This document shows, one piece after another, positions 1 to 13,500 of a DNA stretch of 64,000 bases (within the stretch, counting starts at the first letter, position 1; every line of letters starts with the position of its first letter). The notes under the pieces were generated by a model. The model saw only the letters and a program-made list of their open reading frames with translations. It was not told where the DNA came from and did not search any database. This DNA comes from Azolla caroliniana (Eukaryota > Plantae > Polypodiophyta). The position numbers were made by a program, and so were the translations under genes. Location: the NCBI GenBank assembly GCA_043228905.1, contig JBHGNT010000003.1:6138001-6202000 (forward strand), written 5' to 3'.

Positions 1-2064
1 GCAAAAGCTTCCATAAATGAGTTGTCAGTAGGAATGAGATTCAAGGTGAAATTTGAGGGTGAGGATGCATCGGAACGAAGGTAATGTTAGTTAGCAACTA
101 ATTAACTTCTATTATTATTGCCTTTTCAAGAAAAGGTATCCAGGGTAATAGCCTTATGTTATAAGAATATTTATCATTATTCTATGTACTTTTGCTCTTT
201 GTTTTGCAGCTATGCTGGTACTATAGTAGGTATCGAGGATCTAAATGCAGTGTGTTGGCCAAAATCTCTTTGGCGCTCTTTGAGAGTTAATTGGGATGAA
301 ATGACTAATCATGAACAAAGAAATCGAATCTCTCCTTGGGAAATTGAGTTGTCTATTCATCCTCAGGCTCCAGCTAATAACTCTTGCTCTCCTGCTCCAA
401 AGAACAAACGACCGCGACCAAGCATTCCATCCGACTCAGGTGAAATAACTCAGTTTCATGTGAGACATAAATTTTTCTACATTATTTTTGTATGCAGAGT
501 TTCAAAATCACATTTGAATTGTATAATTTGAATATATAAAATACCACAAGAAAAAACTTCAAAACTTGATTGTTTTACTGAAAATTATATACCAAGATAT
601 TCAGTGAAACTGTTTGCATCTTATTGAAATGGTATGCATCATGGTGCAGGAAGCAGCAGTAAATCAACATCATTTAGTTCCTTGCAATCTTCTGCTTCAA
701 AGCATCAAGATGATGAGATTATGAAAGCTTATCATCAGATGTGGGGAAAAAGATCAGACAACCACCAGCAAGGAAATTTTAGGACCGGAGTAGAAGAAAC
801 CATGAAGATGGCATCACCTCCTGGATGGTTAATTTCAGGAACTTTTGATCCTCGCAAACATCAACATATTCTTCAAACTGATAAATTCTCCTTCTTCCCA
901 CCATCTTCTTGTGATAATAATTTGAACGGTGATCGAGTGGCTATTTCTATGCCATCTACCCTGAATTCAATGCAGAATAACTTTAAAAACACAAGCAATA
1001 ATATAAATCAAGGATCTTGGCAACAAATACCTTCATCCTCTTCTATACAGAATGAAATCTCACCTTCTGTTTGGCCACTCATGAGTATGTTACCTCCTAC
1101 TTCTTCTTCACCTTTTATTGCAATGCCGTCAACGAGAGTGGAGAATTCAAAGGTATTAATGCAGAATCCACATTCTTGGGATTCTCAGCAGAAAATAGAG
1201 AAGCCAGACACAGAAAGTGTATGCAAACTCTTTGGTTTCTCGCTAACTGAACCTCGAACTTTGACAAAATCTAAGATGTTGGAAGATGATAATCTTCAGT
1301 CAATGAATGCTCACTTTGCTTCTCAAGCACCACCATCATCACAACATATTCAAGAGAATGATATTCCACACCAATCTTCAGTACCCGACAAGTCAACATC
1401 TTCTGAAGTTGAATATTCTGATAATACTTGCCTCAAATTATCTAAAGAATCGGAAGGGCGAAGTGCACATAATCCTCCTGTAAGAAGCTGCACAAAGGTA
1501 AAAAAAACTTGCTGTCTTCCCTATGATGTATTTATCTATGTATTTTGCAATGGTGAAGTAAAATTGATCATTTATATGTGGTTTCTACTATGTGTAGGTC
1601 ATCAAGAAGGGAAGCATGGTTGGGAGAGGGGTTGATTTATCCAAGTTTGATAGCTATAAAAAGCTGATTGAAGAGTTGGAGCTAATGTTTCATATTGAAG
1701 GAGAGCTTAGCAACCCTGAGAAAGGATGGCAGTTAGCATATAGTGATGATGAAGGAGATATGATGCATGTTGGTGATGATCCGTGGACGTAAGTGATTTG
1801 CTTTGCAAAATATATTGAAATCAATATTTTTAGTGAAACTGTTTTATCTTTTGACTCTGCTTCTAAATTTTTTCAACTTTTTTTTTTATGATGTCCAATA
1901 GTGAATTCTGCAGCATGGTTAGGAAGATACATATCTTCAGCCCAGAGGAGGTGACAACGGCAGGTTTATCACAAGTAAAACCACAATGTACTAAAGATGA
2001 TGAACAATATACGAATGAATTCCAAGAGAATAGGAACTCATCCGTTCCAGCATTACCTGGGTGA
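1..2064 (+). CDS. ARF: Auxin response factor, class B (ARF2/3/4-like repressor), 3' part; exons 1-80, 210-439, 650-1497, 1598-1788, 1902-2064
   Basis: GT-AG introns join in frame: [47 protein letters not shown] (ARF dimerisation domain), S/P/N-rich middle region with CKLFGFSL repression motif, PB1 domain [57 protein letters not shown], stop TGA 2062-2064. B3 domain lies upstream of the window. Confidence 0.95.
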
Positions 2065-2524
2065 TACATGAGATTTTTATGCATCTTATATATAGACTTC
2101 GAAGACCTGATGATGTTCATGCTATTTCATGGTAAAAAAGAAATCAAGAAATGAAGAAGGCACGCGGATGCCAAGTATAAGTTCAGCACTTCTTCAGCTT
2201 GTGTTCTTGGATGAAGAGAGAAAGAAGTGTCTTGGCTTCTATGATTTTATTGTATGCACTTGCTGGGATTGAAGAAACCCGATGGCTATATGTGGACTTC
2301 CATGTGGTATGCAATTGATGGTTTCAGTTTCAGACAAAGGGTTCATCATGTCATGGCTTTGTCCCATGCCTGGGGATGATGGCTATATCCTAGTTTTGCT
2401 TTCCCTTTTGTAGATGGGTTGTATTTGCACTTTCCTTACATATATTATACCTATTAACATCTGCAATGTTTTTTCTTTGTACAAATGGACAAGAAAACCT
2501 TGGCCCTTTTTATATTATAATTAT

Positions 2525-3335
2525 GTTGTAAGCATAGAACTGAACTCAGCCTTTTGTTTCGAACAGTTACTAATATATTGTTGTAAGCATAGATCTGAAC
2601 TCAGACTTTTGTTTTAAAGATGTCTAATACAAAAGTAGTCTCATTTCAACCTTTTTGTTTTAAATTTTTAAATGGTGTATATAGTTTTCATGTTGTTTTT
2701 CTTCAATTTAGGCAAGAAAATAACCCTCAAAGTGGGGTTCATATAAACAAACATATTTAGCTCTCTTTTTGTCATGTTTTTCTGTGTGTAGCAGTTAACA
2801 ATAGCTGTGCTGCTACATGTTTTTCTGTACACGTGGGGCAAGAAAACTAGCTGCCTATGTGTGTTTGTGCGTTGTACGCATGGAATGAACTTCAGCTTCT
2901 CTTTTAAGTAGAAAGCTAAGGTTACTGCTTCATTTCATATTGTGTCAACAATTGACGTATCACAACTTGCCTTTTTTTATACAAGTGGGCGAAAAAGGTA
3001 GAGCATTATTTTAAGTATTGTAAACATGAAAATGAGCTCGGCCTTTGTTTTTAAAGAGCATTGATGTCTGAAAATGAACTAAGGGCCTTTGTTTTTAAAG
3101 AGCATTTATATTGGTAGATTTTGCTGTGTTTGTAGGAAAGAAAACTAGCATTATTTTCACTATATTTTTAAGCATGGAAAATGAACGCAACCTTTGTTGT
3201 AAAGAGCATTGATATCATAAATGTCTTGTGCTTTTAATGAACTAGCAATTGCAATTTTTATACACATTTTTTGTTGAAATGGGCCATAGAACATGGAAAT
3301 GACCCAAGTCTTTGGTTTATAGAGCATCCATATCT
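2525..3335. repeat. Degenerate repeated motif (AGCATGGAAAATGAACTCAGCCTTTGTTTTAAAGAGCATT-like) downstream of ARF
   Basis: Near-copies at about 2525, 2580, 2878, 3023, 3068, 3171 and 3290. Confidence 0.55.
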
Positions 3336-4410
3336 AACATAAAGCACTCGTAATAGACGATAACTAATAAGTGGTCTTGTTATGCATCTTTCCTTTTCAT
3401 GTATATCTACTATTAACTCTTATTTTATCCCTTTCCCCCCTTGTGGATATAACTATCACAATCTTGCTACATGATGTTTTCTGTTGTAGAACTTGGTTTA
3501 CACCTCATTTCATCCTTTTATGTGAATAACAAATAAACCTGGCTCTTGGTGGTGGGGGCCATGAATCATGATACAAATTCAAGTAGGGTGAAAGAAAGGC
3601 TGTTTTAGTCATGATGTGAAGATATGAAAGGTGACAGTATACAAAGTACAGAAAGGATTTGTTTCCCACTGTAGGAGAGTACATGACTAGTTGCAACTTA
3701 CTTTTTCAATGGAAAGGATTGTTTGGGTGAGGGCAAAGTAAATATGAATGGTAACAATGGTTTCCAATTCCTATATAGAATGACATGGCACTCTCTACAT
3801 GGCTCATATCTTGAGAAATGTCTACTTCTTTATGTACATAGGCAAAATAGTTTATGAAATTTCATAGTCTTAAAGGAAGCTCCATTTTTTTAATGCTAAA
3901 AGGAACTTTCTGGCTTGTACATATGTCTGGGCTTGGCTTTCAATGTTCACACAGGGTTTGGTTATTGCTTTATCTTTTCCTTACACAGTATAATCTAGAA
4001 GTGTTTGCAATTTCTTATTTACCAAATAACAAAGTTTACATGAACTGATGGAAGATTATGGTAAAATACAACATAATTATAGATTTCAGTACAAATTCTA
4101 TATTAATTCTATGAGATTTTATTCCCTTTACAAGCATTTCCAATTAAACAAGTTCAAAATCTGAGTTGATTTTGAGTGAATGAGGGTACCTTTTCCCGAC
4201 AGTGATAGATCCCTTGTCGCATCATGTCTATGAATTTAGAGCATCCATTGTGCTCAAAAGAAAGTATAAAAATTCACCCATCAATTGTATAAGTTTTGTT
4301 TTCCAAGATTACAAGCTATTTGCACATATTTCATAGCATAACTTTTCTTCTTGGGATTGTTTCTAGAGTATGTAGCATCCTCGCTACTTTTGGAACAAGC
4401 CATGAGAAAA

Positions 4411-4700
4411 CATTGGGATTGCTTCCATATTGTGATAAGTTTGTTCTGGACTCTTCCCTTACTTCCAATTCCCGAAGTTTGAATGTTTGAAACTAGTCAC
4501 ATGTGGTGCCAGGTGACATACTTGCAAGTCATCGATTGCTGCAATGTTTGGCGTATATGTCGTTAGACCAAGGTATGATATGACATTGGGATTGCTTCTA
4601 TAGTGTGGTAATTTTAGCCTTACCTTACTTTTTCTAATTTCCTCTTTCCATCTTGAAGCTAGTCACATGTGAAATGCTTGCAAATCTTAGACTATGGCAA
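4411..4700. repeat. Diverged tandem duplication, period about 173 bp
   Basis: CATTGGGATTGCTTC..CTAGTCACATGTG..CTTGCAA occurs at about 4411 and 4584. Confidence 0.5.
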
Positions 4701-6333
4701 TGTGTTGCCTCAAGTTTATTCCTGTGCTTCTAAACTATGAATACATCTCACATATGATTTCATTGGTGTACTCAATTAAACTATTATATGCCACGTGAAT
4801 TAGAAAACATAAAAATGAGAATGTGCGGTTTTTAGGGCGTGATTTGTTGAACATTTCTACAATGTACATTGCCTAGCCAAGACAATACCTCATCAAAATT
4901 AAAACCATCTATTGAACATTAAATGAGGTACTTTTTTTGTCAATGGCCATTAAGAGAAACTTTTTGTACACAACTTGATGTCCTATCCTCATCCTCTAGC
5001 CATTGATTGTTGATTTCTTTGGATATTCACGAAGCGATGTTATTGAATATGTACATGTCTATACATAGATATAGACATCACATTAAAAAAACCCATTTCC
5101 TAAATATTCTAATGGGTTCAAGAAAAGATTTTTGTTGAGAATATTTAGAGATAGTTTAAGATTGTTCACCTATACACATTCACGGGGGAGCACGCATGGG
5201 TGACAAATTTACATGGATGCAACACACATACAAATGGATGAGCACTTGTACATGTGCATACACAAATTTCGCCAATTTTATATTTGGGGTTTCTTTGTTC
5301 ATTAAAAGCACACAAATTGGTTAAAGGAGGTGATAACACCTCACCATATTCTGTAATTCCCTTTTTCGGTTGTTACAAAAGAGTTTTGCCATCTAGGACT
5401 AATTGACAAGTGTAATCTTTCAACGTTGTTAATATTGTTTCTACCAATTTACTAGGAAAGGACACAAGTTTTACTAGTTTTCTATGAATGTTTGTTCTCA
5501 AGGTTACGTTTTAAATTTAGTTCATGGGTTTTCTCCATAAATGTGTAATTTCCTTTGATGAATTCAAGTGTTTTGTGATGGAAACCTTATTGGGTGTATG
5601 TACTTGCCCAAAGTGCATGCACTACTTATTGCTATAATTTGTTCTTGCAACATGAGTCCCTTTTTCAACATAATTTATTTATCTTATGTGAGACACAAGG
5701 TGAATTTTCATTTGCCCCTAGTGGATATTTTTTCACTCAACATGGTAATTCTACTTTTATAAAATTTCTAGTTTCTGAGATAATGACAAAAATATGTCCT
5801 ATAAAGTTCTTACTAGTCTTTTGCAAAAGATGACTTTAACCTAACATAACACTTCATTTTTAGGTGTAAACATACTAGTGTCATTAGAAACTCAATGACA
5901 TTGGACTCACTTTTTTTGCGATGTATTGCATACATTTGTAGAGGGAAACCTCAACCTACGAAGAATAATTACATGTCAAATTAGAAATGTTCAAAGAATA
6001 GGATATAAAAATGCATAATGTTTACCAAGATCACGAGAGACCCAACAAATATTTTGGAATTGTGACACGGACAACATATATAACTAATACAGATCCAAAA
6101 TGTTCATCAATCCCACTGCCAAACTCACGCAAAAATGATGGGAAATCCTTAATAGCCAAGTCAATTTTCCTTTATTGAAACAACACACTGCCATGCAAAA
6201 TCCCAAGTAGGCATTGCCAAATTCCTTGAGAGGCAATGGACCCTTCTATAATAACTTAACACATATTCCTCTCATCTAATAGGTTTTCATATGCTATAAA
6301 TTAGTACAAAATGCACATATCCATGGTTCAATT

Positions 6334-6742
6334 TAGCTATGGGCTGAGTTTTGACTCAAACCAAACTGAACCATTAAGGTATGGTTTATCAATTCCAATA
6401 TAATTAAACCACTTAGCTTGGTTCAATTATTATTAAGTGATTTGGTTTTAATTCGGTTTGGTTCTAAAACTCAACTTTATTGGTTACATAGTGGTTTTTC
6501 GTTAACTTTTTTTTATTTCATTTTAATTTGACTTAAATGCTTACATAATTTTATTTGTTTAATTTTAAATTTATCTAACTTAAATGGTTAGGTTTAAATG
6601 GTTCGTTTTAAATTTGTGATTAAATGGTCTGGTTTAAATGCCTTCAGATAAAAAGTTTGGTTTTTGTTGTCTATAGATGGTTTGGTTCAATTCAGTTTGG
6701 TTTCAAGGCAAAGAAACCAAAACTGAACCAGGCCCATAGCTA
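6334..6742. mobile_element. Non-autonomous hAT-type element (MITE)
   Basis: Perfect 11 bp TIR TAGCTATGGGC (6334-6344) / GCCCATAGCTA (6732-6742), many AAACCA/TGGTTT subterminal repeats, decayed 8 bp TSD GTTCAATT/GTACAAGC. Confidence 0.8.
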
Positions 6743-7549
6743 GTACAAGCTACAATCCCACTTGACAACTTTTTAGGCTGACAGAATCTGCACAAGAAAA
6801 TTAGGAAATGGAACTAGATGTTAACCCTAGAGTTGCCATCCAATTTTGGAGGCACAAGGGATTGATAGAAAATATGTTCCAATTTGGATTTGAACTCCAA
6901 CTGTTACTTACTTTCAAGCCTTTTAGAATTAATTACCCACTCCAAAGTGGAGAAATGCATTCACTGCTTAACTTCTTACTCAAAAAATTATCACATCTTC
7001 ACATATCTAGAGAATTTTTCGTTTAGGCATTATATACAACGATTGTAGATTCTTTTTAGGGTAAACGAACAAATTTTCACGTCCCAAAAGAATAATAACA
7101 CAATGTTTTAATCAAATATTCGGCAGTGGATAAGGTGAAAGAATTTTCATGAAAACTATCTAAGCTTAACTGAATTCAGTAAATAATGTACAAATACAAT
7201 GAGCAAATGTCCCATTCCCAAAATAGAACTCCCTTGCTTTGTAAGTTCTTTATCTTCACATAATTCCATCTAATTTGTGGGTGATTGGAACAATTGTAAA
7301 TGTAAAGTTTAATGGAAACTTCTGTGCAACCGTGAAAGAAATATTTTAAATCTAAATATTTGGATGCAATTAACATCCCTTATTCAAGATTAAATTTACA
7401 TGTTTTATTGCAACTAACATATAGCAAAAATATATCCATCACCAAAAGTTTTATTATGATACAAATACACCAAATATACACATCACCAAATGTTTTATTA
7501 TTATACAAACCAACTTACAATGAGAGAAGTATTTGAATGATGATATAAA

Positions 7550-10500
7550 TTACTTGATCTTCAACAATTGGACTTCGAACAAGAGGGGTTCTTTAGAATG
7601 CGACAATAAGCTCTGTTTGGGCCCAAACTGATGCAAATAATTTATAAACCATTAGTCAATAAATGCACATACATAATGAAACACAATGCAAATGAACACC
7701 TTTGCTAGATCATGCCCAAAGAGGATTATGAGAACAATAACAACCATTTATACTTCAATTTTCAAGCACAAATTAAACAAATTGTTGTGAATGTCAGATG
7801 ATTGGATGGGAGGGTATGCAGATGTGGGAAGGCCATGAGCAGATGAATGGGAGATCAGATGGGTCGATGAGCAAGGGATCAGAGTGGAGGTTGAGCAGCG
7901 GTGCAGATGAGTAGACCAGAGGATGGATGAGCAAGAGATCAGATAAGAGACAAGCAGAAACGCGGACGAGAGGACATGACAATGGATTGGCAGATGTGAC
8001 TGACTGGAACATCGGCCCGGAATTGCACATGGGAGGATGTGTGCATGTGGGAAGGGCATGAACAACATGGATGAATGGATGAGCAAGGGATCGGAGTGGA
8101 TGTGCGGAGGTTGAGAAGAGCTGCATATTTGTTTATATGCAGATGAGAGGATGGACAAGCAGAAGATTGGATAAGAGGATGAGCAAAGATGATGGACGAG
8201 AGGGTGAGTAGACGGATCAATGAGATCAAGTGACATTGATAGGGAGAATTCGGATATGATCAAAGGATCTGAATCAAACAAGCAAAGACAGAAGAGATGA
8301 CGGGCATAGGTGCAACTCACAGCCTTGAGGTGAGAGAAGTGATGTACAATGCACGTGAACTAAACATACAACCTCTCAAGCCTTTACAACAAAACGTACC
8401 AAGAATTTACTGCACAATATAGCCTCTCAAGCTAACAACCTTACAATCCTCCACTTCTTGGTGGCTCTGGAGCTGAGCTGTTGCACGCATTGTGCATCAA
8501 TACTGTATAAAAGCCCCCTCTCTTCACCTAGACCGTTCATCTCTTCTATCTCTACTAATCCAATTCTGCTCTTCTGTTTTATTGTATTCCACTCCTTTCA
8601 ATCAAAGCCAAGCATTCTTGTCTAACTCCTCGTTCTCATCTATATGTTTATTTGCACCTGTGCTCATCCTTCAAAGTCATGCGCTCATCCTCTCATCTAC
8701 TCCCCCAACTCATCTTTAGCTTCACTTATCCATCATCTCGTATGCCCATCTGCTCATCTGTACCACCATTCATCATCTTGACCAACCTTCACATGTCCTC
8801 TCCCCTGTTCATCCTGATGTTCACACATCCACACCCTCCTGTCTGATTGCCAGATGTCCATGATTAGTTTGATCTATTCCAGAGCTTAAAAACAACTCAT
8901 CCTCTTGCCTGACCTTCACATTTTCTTGTCTCATCCTCTCCTCTGTTCATCCCAGCATTTGCACATTCATGCCCTCCTATCTGATTGCCCGATTTTTGTA
9001 ATAGTTTGATCTACTTCCCAAACCTGAAGGCAATCGCTCACCCTCTCACTTGACATGGAGTGGAGCATTGTAAGGTTGTGTGTGCGTGCAACATTGAGAG
9101 ATTGTATTGTATTGCAAGTCTATTGTGAGGTTATATGCCCTTGTAGAGTTTCGAGAGGCAGCATCTACATCCTGCTCCATTGATGTCTATGCCTCCAAAT
9201 TAAGCTAACTCTCCTGCACTATCAATTGGGAAGAGGAGGCTTTGGTGAACCAGTTCGAACGAGGACTTTGTGACTTTGTCCGGTCTCTTGTCCCCGAACT
9301 GAACCGGCAGCCAGAGGTCTTTAACCACGAGCATGTCCCTCATCTTCGACTTCCACACTAAATAGTTGGAGCCGGTGAGCTTGAACATGCCGCCAAACGA
9401 TTCGTCCATTTTCTGTGTCGATCTCGCTCTGATACCACTTGTTGAGTATTCGACGTTCCTTATGTCCGACGCTCGGCCACAACCGAGATTCTTTTCATAC
9501 ACAGAAAAAACAGGTAATGAAACGCGACACAAAGGGGAGAAATGGTACACAGGAGGTTTACGTGGAAAACCCCAAAATAGGGGAAAAAACCACCTTGGTC
9601 CACGGATCAGGGGCCCAGCTAACGCGTTAAACACTCCGCCTGGGGAGTAGCCCACAGGCTGCAAACTGTCACTATGTAGGAATATACAACAGTGAGTTCA
9701 CTGAGGCGATGACCTCGTGCTCTCAGATCTTCGCCACAGGCGGCGGTTACAACCGAGGCAACGACCTCGTCTCTCTCTCTCTCTCTCTCTCTCTGTGTAC
9801 AGTTACGCGCTCTCGCTTCTTCTTGCACCAACAAGGAAGAATCACAACAACAAAAACGACACACCTAAAAGTTTGCCCTAAGTCATATTTATACTCATAT
9901 GACTTTTCGGCTATTTACAAATGTAGCCTCGATGGGCTCTCAGAAACATATTTACGAATATGTCTCTTCCTCTGGTTCATACCGGGCCTGCACCATCCGG
10001 CTCTCCGTAGTCGGGTACTCCCCATCCGGTTCATACCGGGTCTACACCATCCGGCTCTCCGCAGTCGGGTACTCCCCATCCGGTTCATACCGGGTCTACA
10101 CCATCCGGCTCTCCGCAGTCGGGTACTCCCCATCCGGTTCATACCGTTTCGGCCTCGGCCGAGTTTGTTTGTCGGCACTGTTCTTCTCCCTTCCCATTCG
10201 GAGGGACCTGTCTCCCAACAGTTGTGTGTGCGTGCAACATTGAGAGATTGTATTGTATTGCAAGTCTATTGTGAGGTTATATGCCCTTGTAGAGTTTCGA
10301 GAGGCAGCATCTACATCCTGCTCCATTGATGTCTATGCCTCCAAATTCAGCTAACTCTCCTGCACTATCAATTGGGAAGAGGAGGCTTTGGTGAACCAGT
10401 TCGAATGAGGACTTTGTGACAATGTCAAAGACATGCTCCACATCGTATGACCCAACCTCTTGCAACAAAGTTATCTCCCAAATACTACATGAGTAAAAGT

Positions 10501-13500
10501 GCACATGCCCCATGCTCCTGGGTGCCCATGTCCTAGGGACCCAATAACTATCAGTGGAATGTGATATAAGAGCCTCACCAAAACTGTAAACCTATCACCA
10601 TGTCGAAAACCTCCATCTCTGATGTGAAAAATTGAGGCACATTGCAAGAACCTGCCCAAAGAAACTGTACAAGCCAATACATTGGGCACCCCAGCACCAG
10701 TGGGTTTTGGGAAAACGATGAAACTCTACAACAATAGAGTCCGAAAAAACTACCACGCAAAGCCTCTCAACCTCGATAAATTTCAATACTGGTGTCGGAG
10801 TCTGTGCCTAGTCTTCCCATTCATGTTATCTTCAGCAACATCCCCGCCCACATACTAGGATTCTTTATTGACATCTTTTAAGAGGCCAAAATGGACTATA
10901 AGACCGGACAAGAGATTGCGTCTTAAAACATATTCTTGTCTTTGAGAATAACAAACCAAAATAAATATACTTAAGCATTGGATACTAAATCTAGATATCT
11001 AAGAACTTAAGATTCTGAAATTAGATAAACTCAAACTTCTGCCTTTAAATTTTTTCCAATATGGGCCACTCCAAGATGGCGAGATCTCTGAAGCAAGGGA
11101 AGCACCATCAATCTATTGTGCCTAGAGATCATCCTACTCTATGGAGTCTCCAATGTATGTGTAAGTTGCCTGCAAGTCAAGGCTCCTTAGGAGAAGATAG
11201 AGCACAGCCAGTCATCTAGCTCCAATTGTTCCTATAGGCATTGGACAGTTGCTGCTCCCACCTGAATGTCCCAGTTCCCACGTAAGGGAGGAACAATCAA
11301 GATCCCAATTTCTAGATGTGACCCTATGATGCAATAAGAAAGGCTTTTCAATGTAAGTAGGCTTTACTTATGGCAGAACTGTCAATAATTATAAATGGAT
11401 TTTACCAACATATATCTAAGTTACATATTAAATAGAGTAAAGACATTTGAAATTTGGCATGGCAGTACCTCTGTCGGTTGAGGTTCCAAATTAGGCGCAA
11501 TGTACCCGGCAGTCGGTGGTATTACAGCCCTCCGTTTTCCTGCGATAATGATAACCATAGTTGAAAAACTTTTTATATAGCAATTTATGGATGAATTACA
11601 TGAATGTGTTACTGTGTGATTAACATTCCTCTACTTCCATCTTTGAGACAAGGTTTACCAATTGACATTCCTTCCAATCATTAAAAATAATACTTCACAA
11701 TTTGGCATTCAATTAGTAAACTGAATACCACGGAATTACATCTTTAAAATGTTAGACTCATCTAGGAGAAAATCTTACTAAGATAAACCCTAAGTCAATT
11801 ATTGTCCAAAAACATTGACGTCATTTAAATAAATTGCAACATCATGGCTTTCATCATGGATGATCCAATGGGAAAGGTCTGTGGATCCAGGAAGGCTTCA
11901 GAGAAATGTGATGATCGCTGAAAGGATAGAATTTTATTGTTGAACATGCATTGAATTAAATTCATAGTGGGATTGCACTCTAGAAAAGATCTTCTCTCAA
12001 TATCCTCATGATATGCTTGCAGTCAAAGCTTTTTAAATATGGTCTGCAGACTCACCACAGCTTATGTTCACATCACAAAATGAAGTTTCCTATGAGAGCA
12101 AAAACTCTTTTTCAGAAAATTTGAATGATACAATGGGGCTAGATCTTTATTTTCTCTATGATAACCTTCAATGAAGGATTGCGCCCATGATGGCACCATC
12201 ATCTGTTGTTTCCATACAAGATTAAGCTAAATTTTACACACATGGCATTTAAATGCATTGTGCCTATAACATTTTATGGGACATATGACATACATGAAAA
12301 AGTACTTATAGAACACAATCAGAATTCTGGAGCCTGAATTAAAAAAAAACTATAGCATAACACAAACTTTGATCATCTATTTCTGTAGTAATTCATCATT
12401 CCCAAAGAAAGGGATTATTTAACACATAATGCTCAAGAATAATAACAAACTCCATGAAGTTTATGGGATACATGATAATCACATGACCAAGTATTGTCAG
12501 AAAGGTATAGTCTCATGCTGCTGTGAATTAAAAAAAGGATGACCTACGGTGTAACATAAAATTCTATCGTCCAATGTAAGGCAACATATACACATTACTA
12601 AAGACCGATAAAAATCCAATTTATGTGAAGACGCCAACATACCTCCAGGCTTCATTCCAATAATCACAGTTTGGAGACCTGCTATTATCTGATCCAAGAA
12701 AACTAAAAAAGATGGTCAGATTACTGTCTCTGAAAATACGAAACAACAAATAAAGAGTGATACCGTGCTTCCATCCAACGGCAGTGTAACAGGTGAGCTC
12801 TCCCCATTGAATTGGTTGACAGTGCTGAGAAGATTATGGAATGCCGAAGAAAATTTATTTTTGGGTGTGTGCCCTTGGTGATGATTTCTTAGCTATGAAA
12901 TGCTATTGCAATCATATAGGAAACCTAACAATTCATTCTGACCTGTAAACAAAGTACCCATTCGAACGTCTGCAAACATAGTTGAATTCAACCAAGTCTC
13001 CCGCATTTGCCATTGCTCCACTTCCTTCCAAAACTTCTGCTAAAATGAAAAGAAAAAGTTTAACTTCAATCTTTTCTGAGGATGATTAAAATATATCCAG
13101 AATAAGATGAGATAGTTACAACCAAAAAGGTAACAATTTAGGTTAATAATGCAATATTTACTTACCTTCAAAGATACCTGCAATGTTTTCTAAGGCAGAT
13201 TGAATTACTTCTAGAACAAGAATGATTGGTGAAACTTTCTAGGCTCAATGATGTTAAACTATGGTCATATTGGATTCAGCGGAAAACTAGCTGTTGAGAA
13301 TCAAGTTCAACTTGTGTGAACATGTGCTTATCAAGAAAAGGACGATGTGTGAAAAAGTGTGTGAGCGCACTTTATTGTAATCCGTGTAGTTGTCGAGTGT
13401 TACTGTGGTCAAAGAATATTAGATATTTTTATGACAATATTGTACTCAAGTGGGTATCTTGGTTAGATTCCACCAACACATTTAATATGGCAGTCCCTTG

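Noticed and set aside
7748-8846. Overlapping S/H/P/L-rich ORFs
   Set aside because: Low-complexity strand-skew artefacts of the inverted repeat; no domain features.
9709-10329. 206 aa ORF with an 18 aa repeat
   Set aside because: It is the translation of the 54 bp LTR repeat on the antisense strand and crosses the element boundary.
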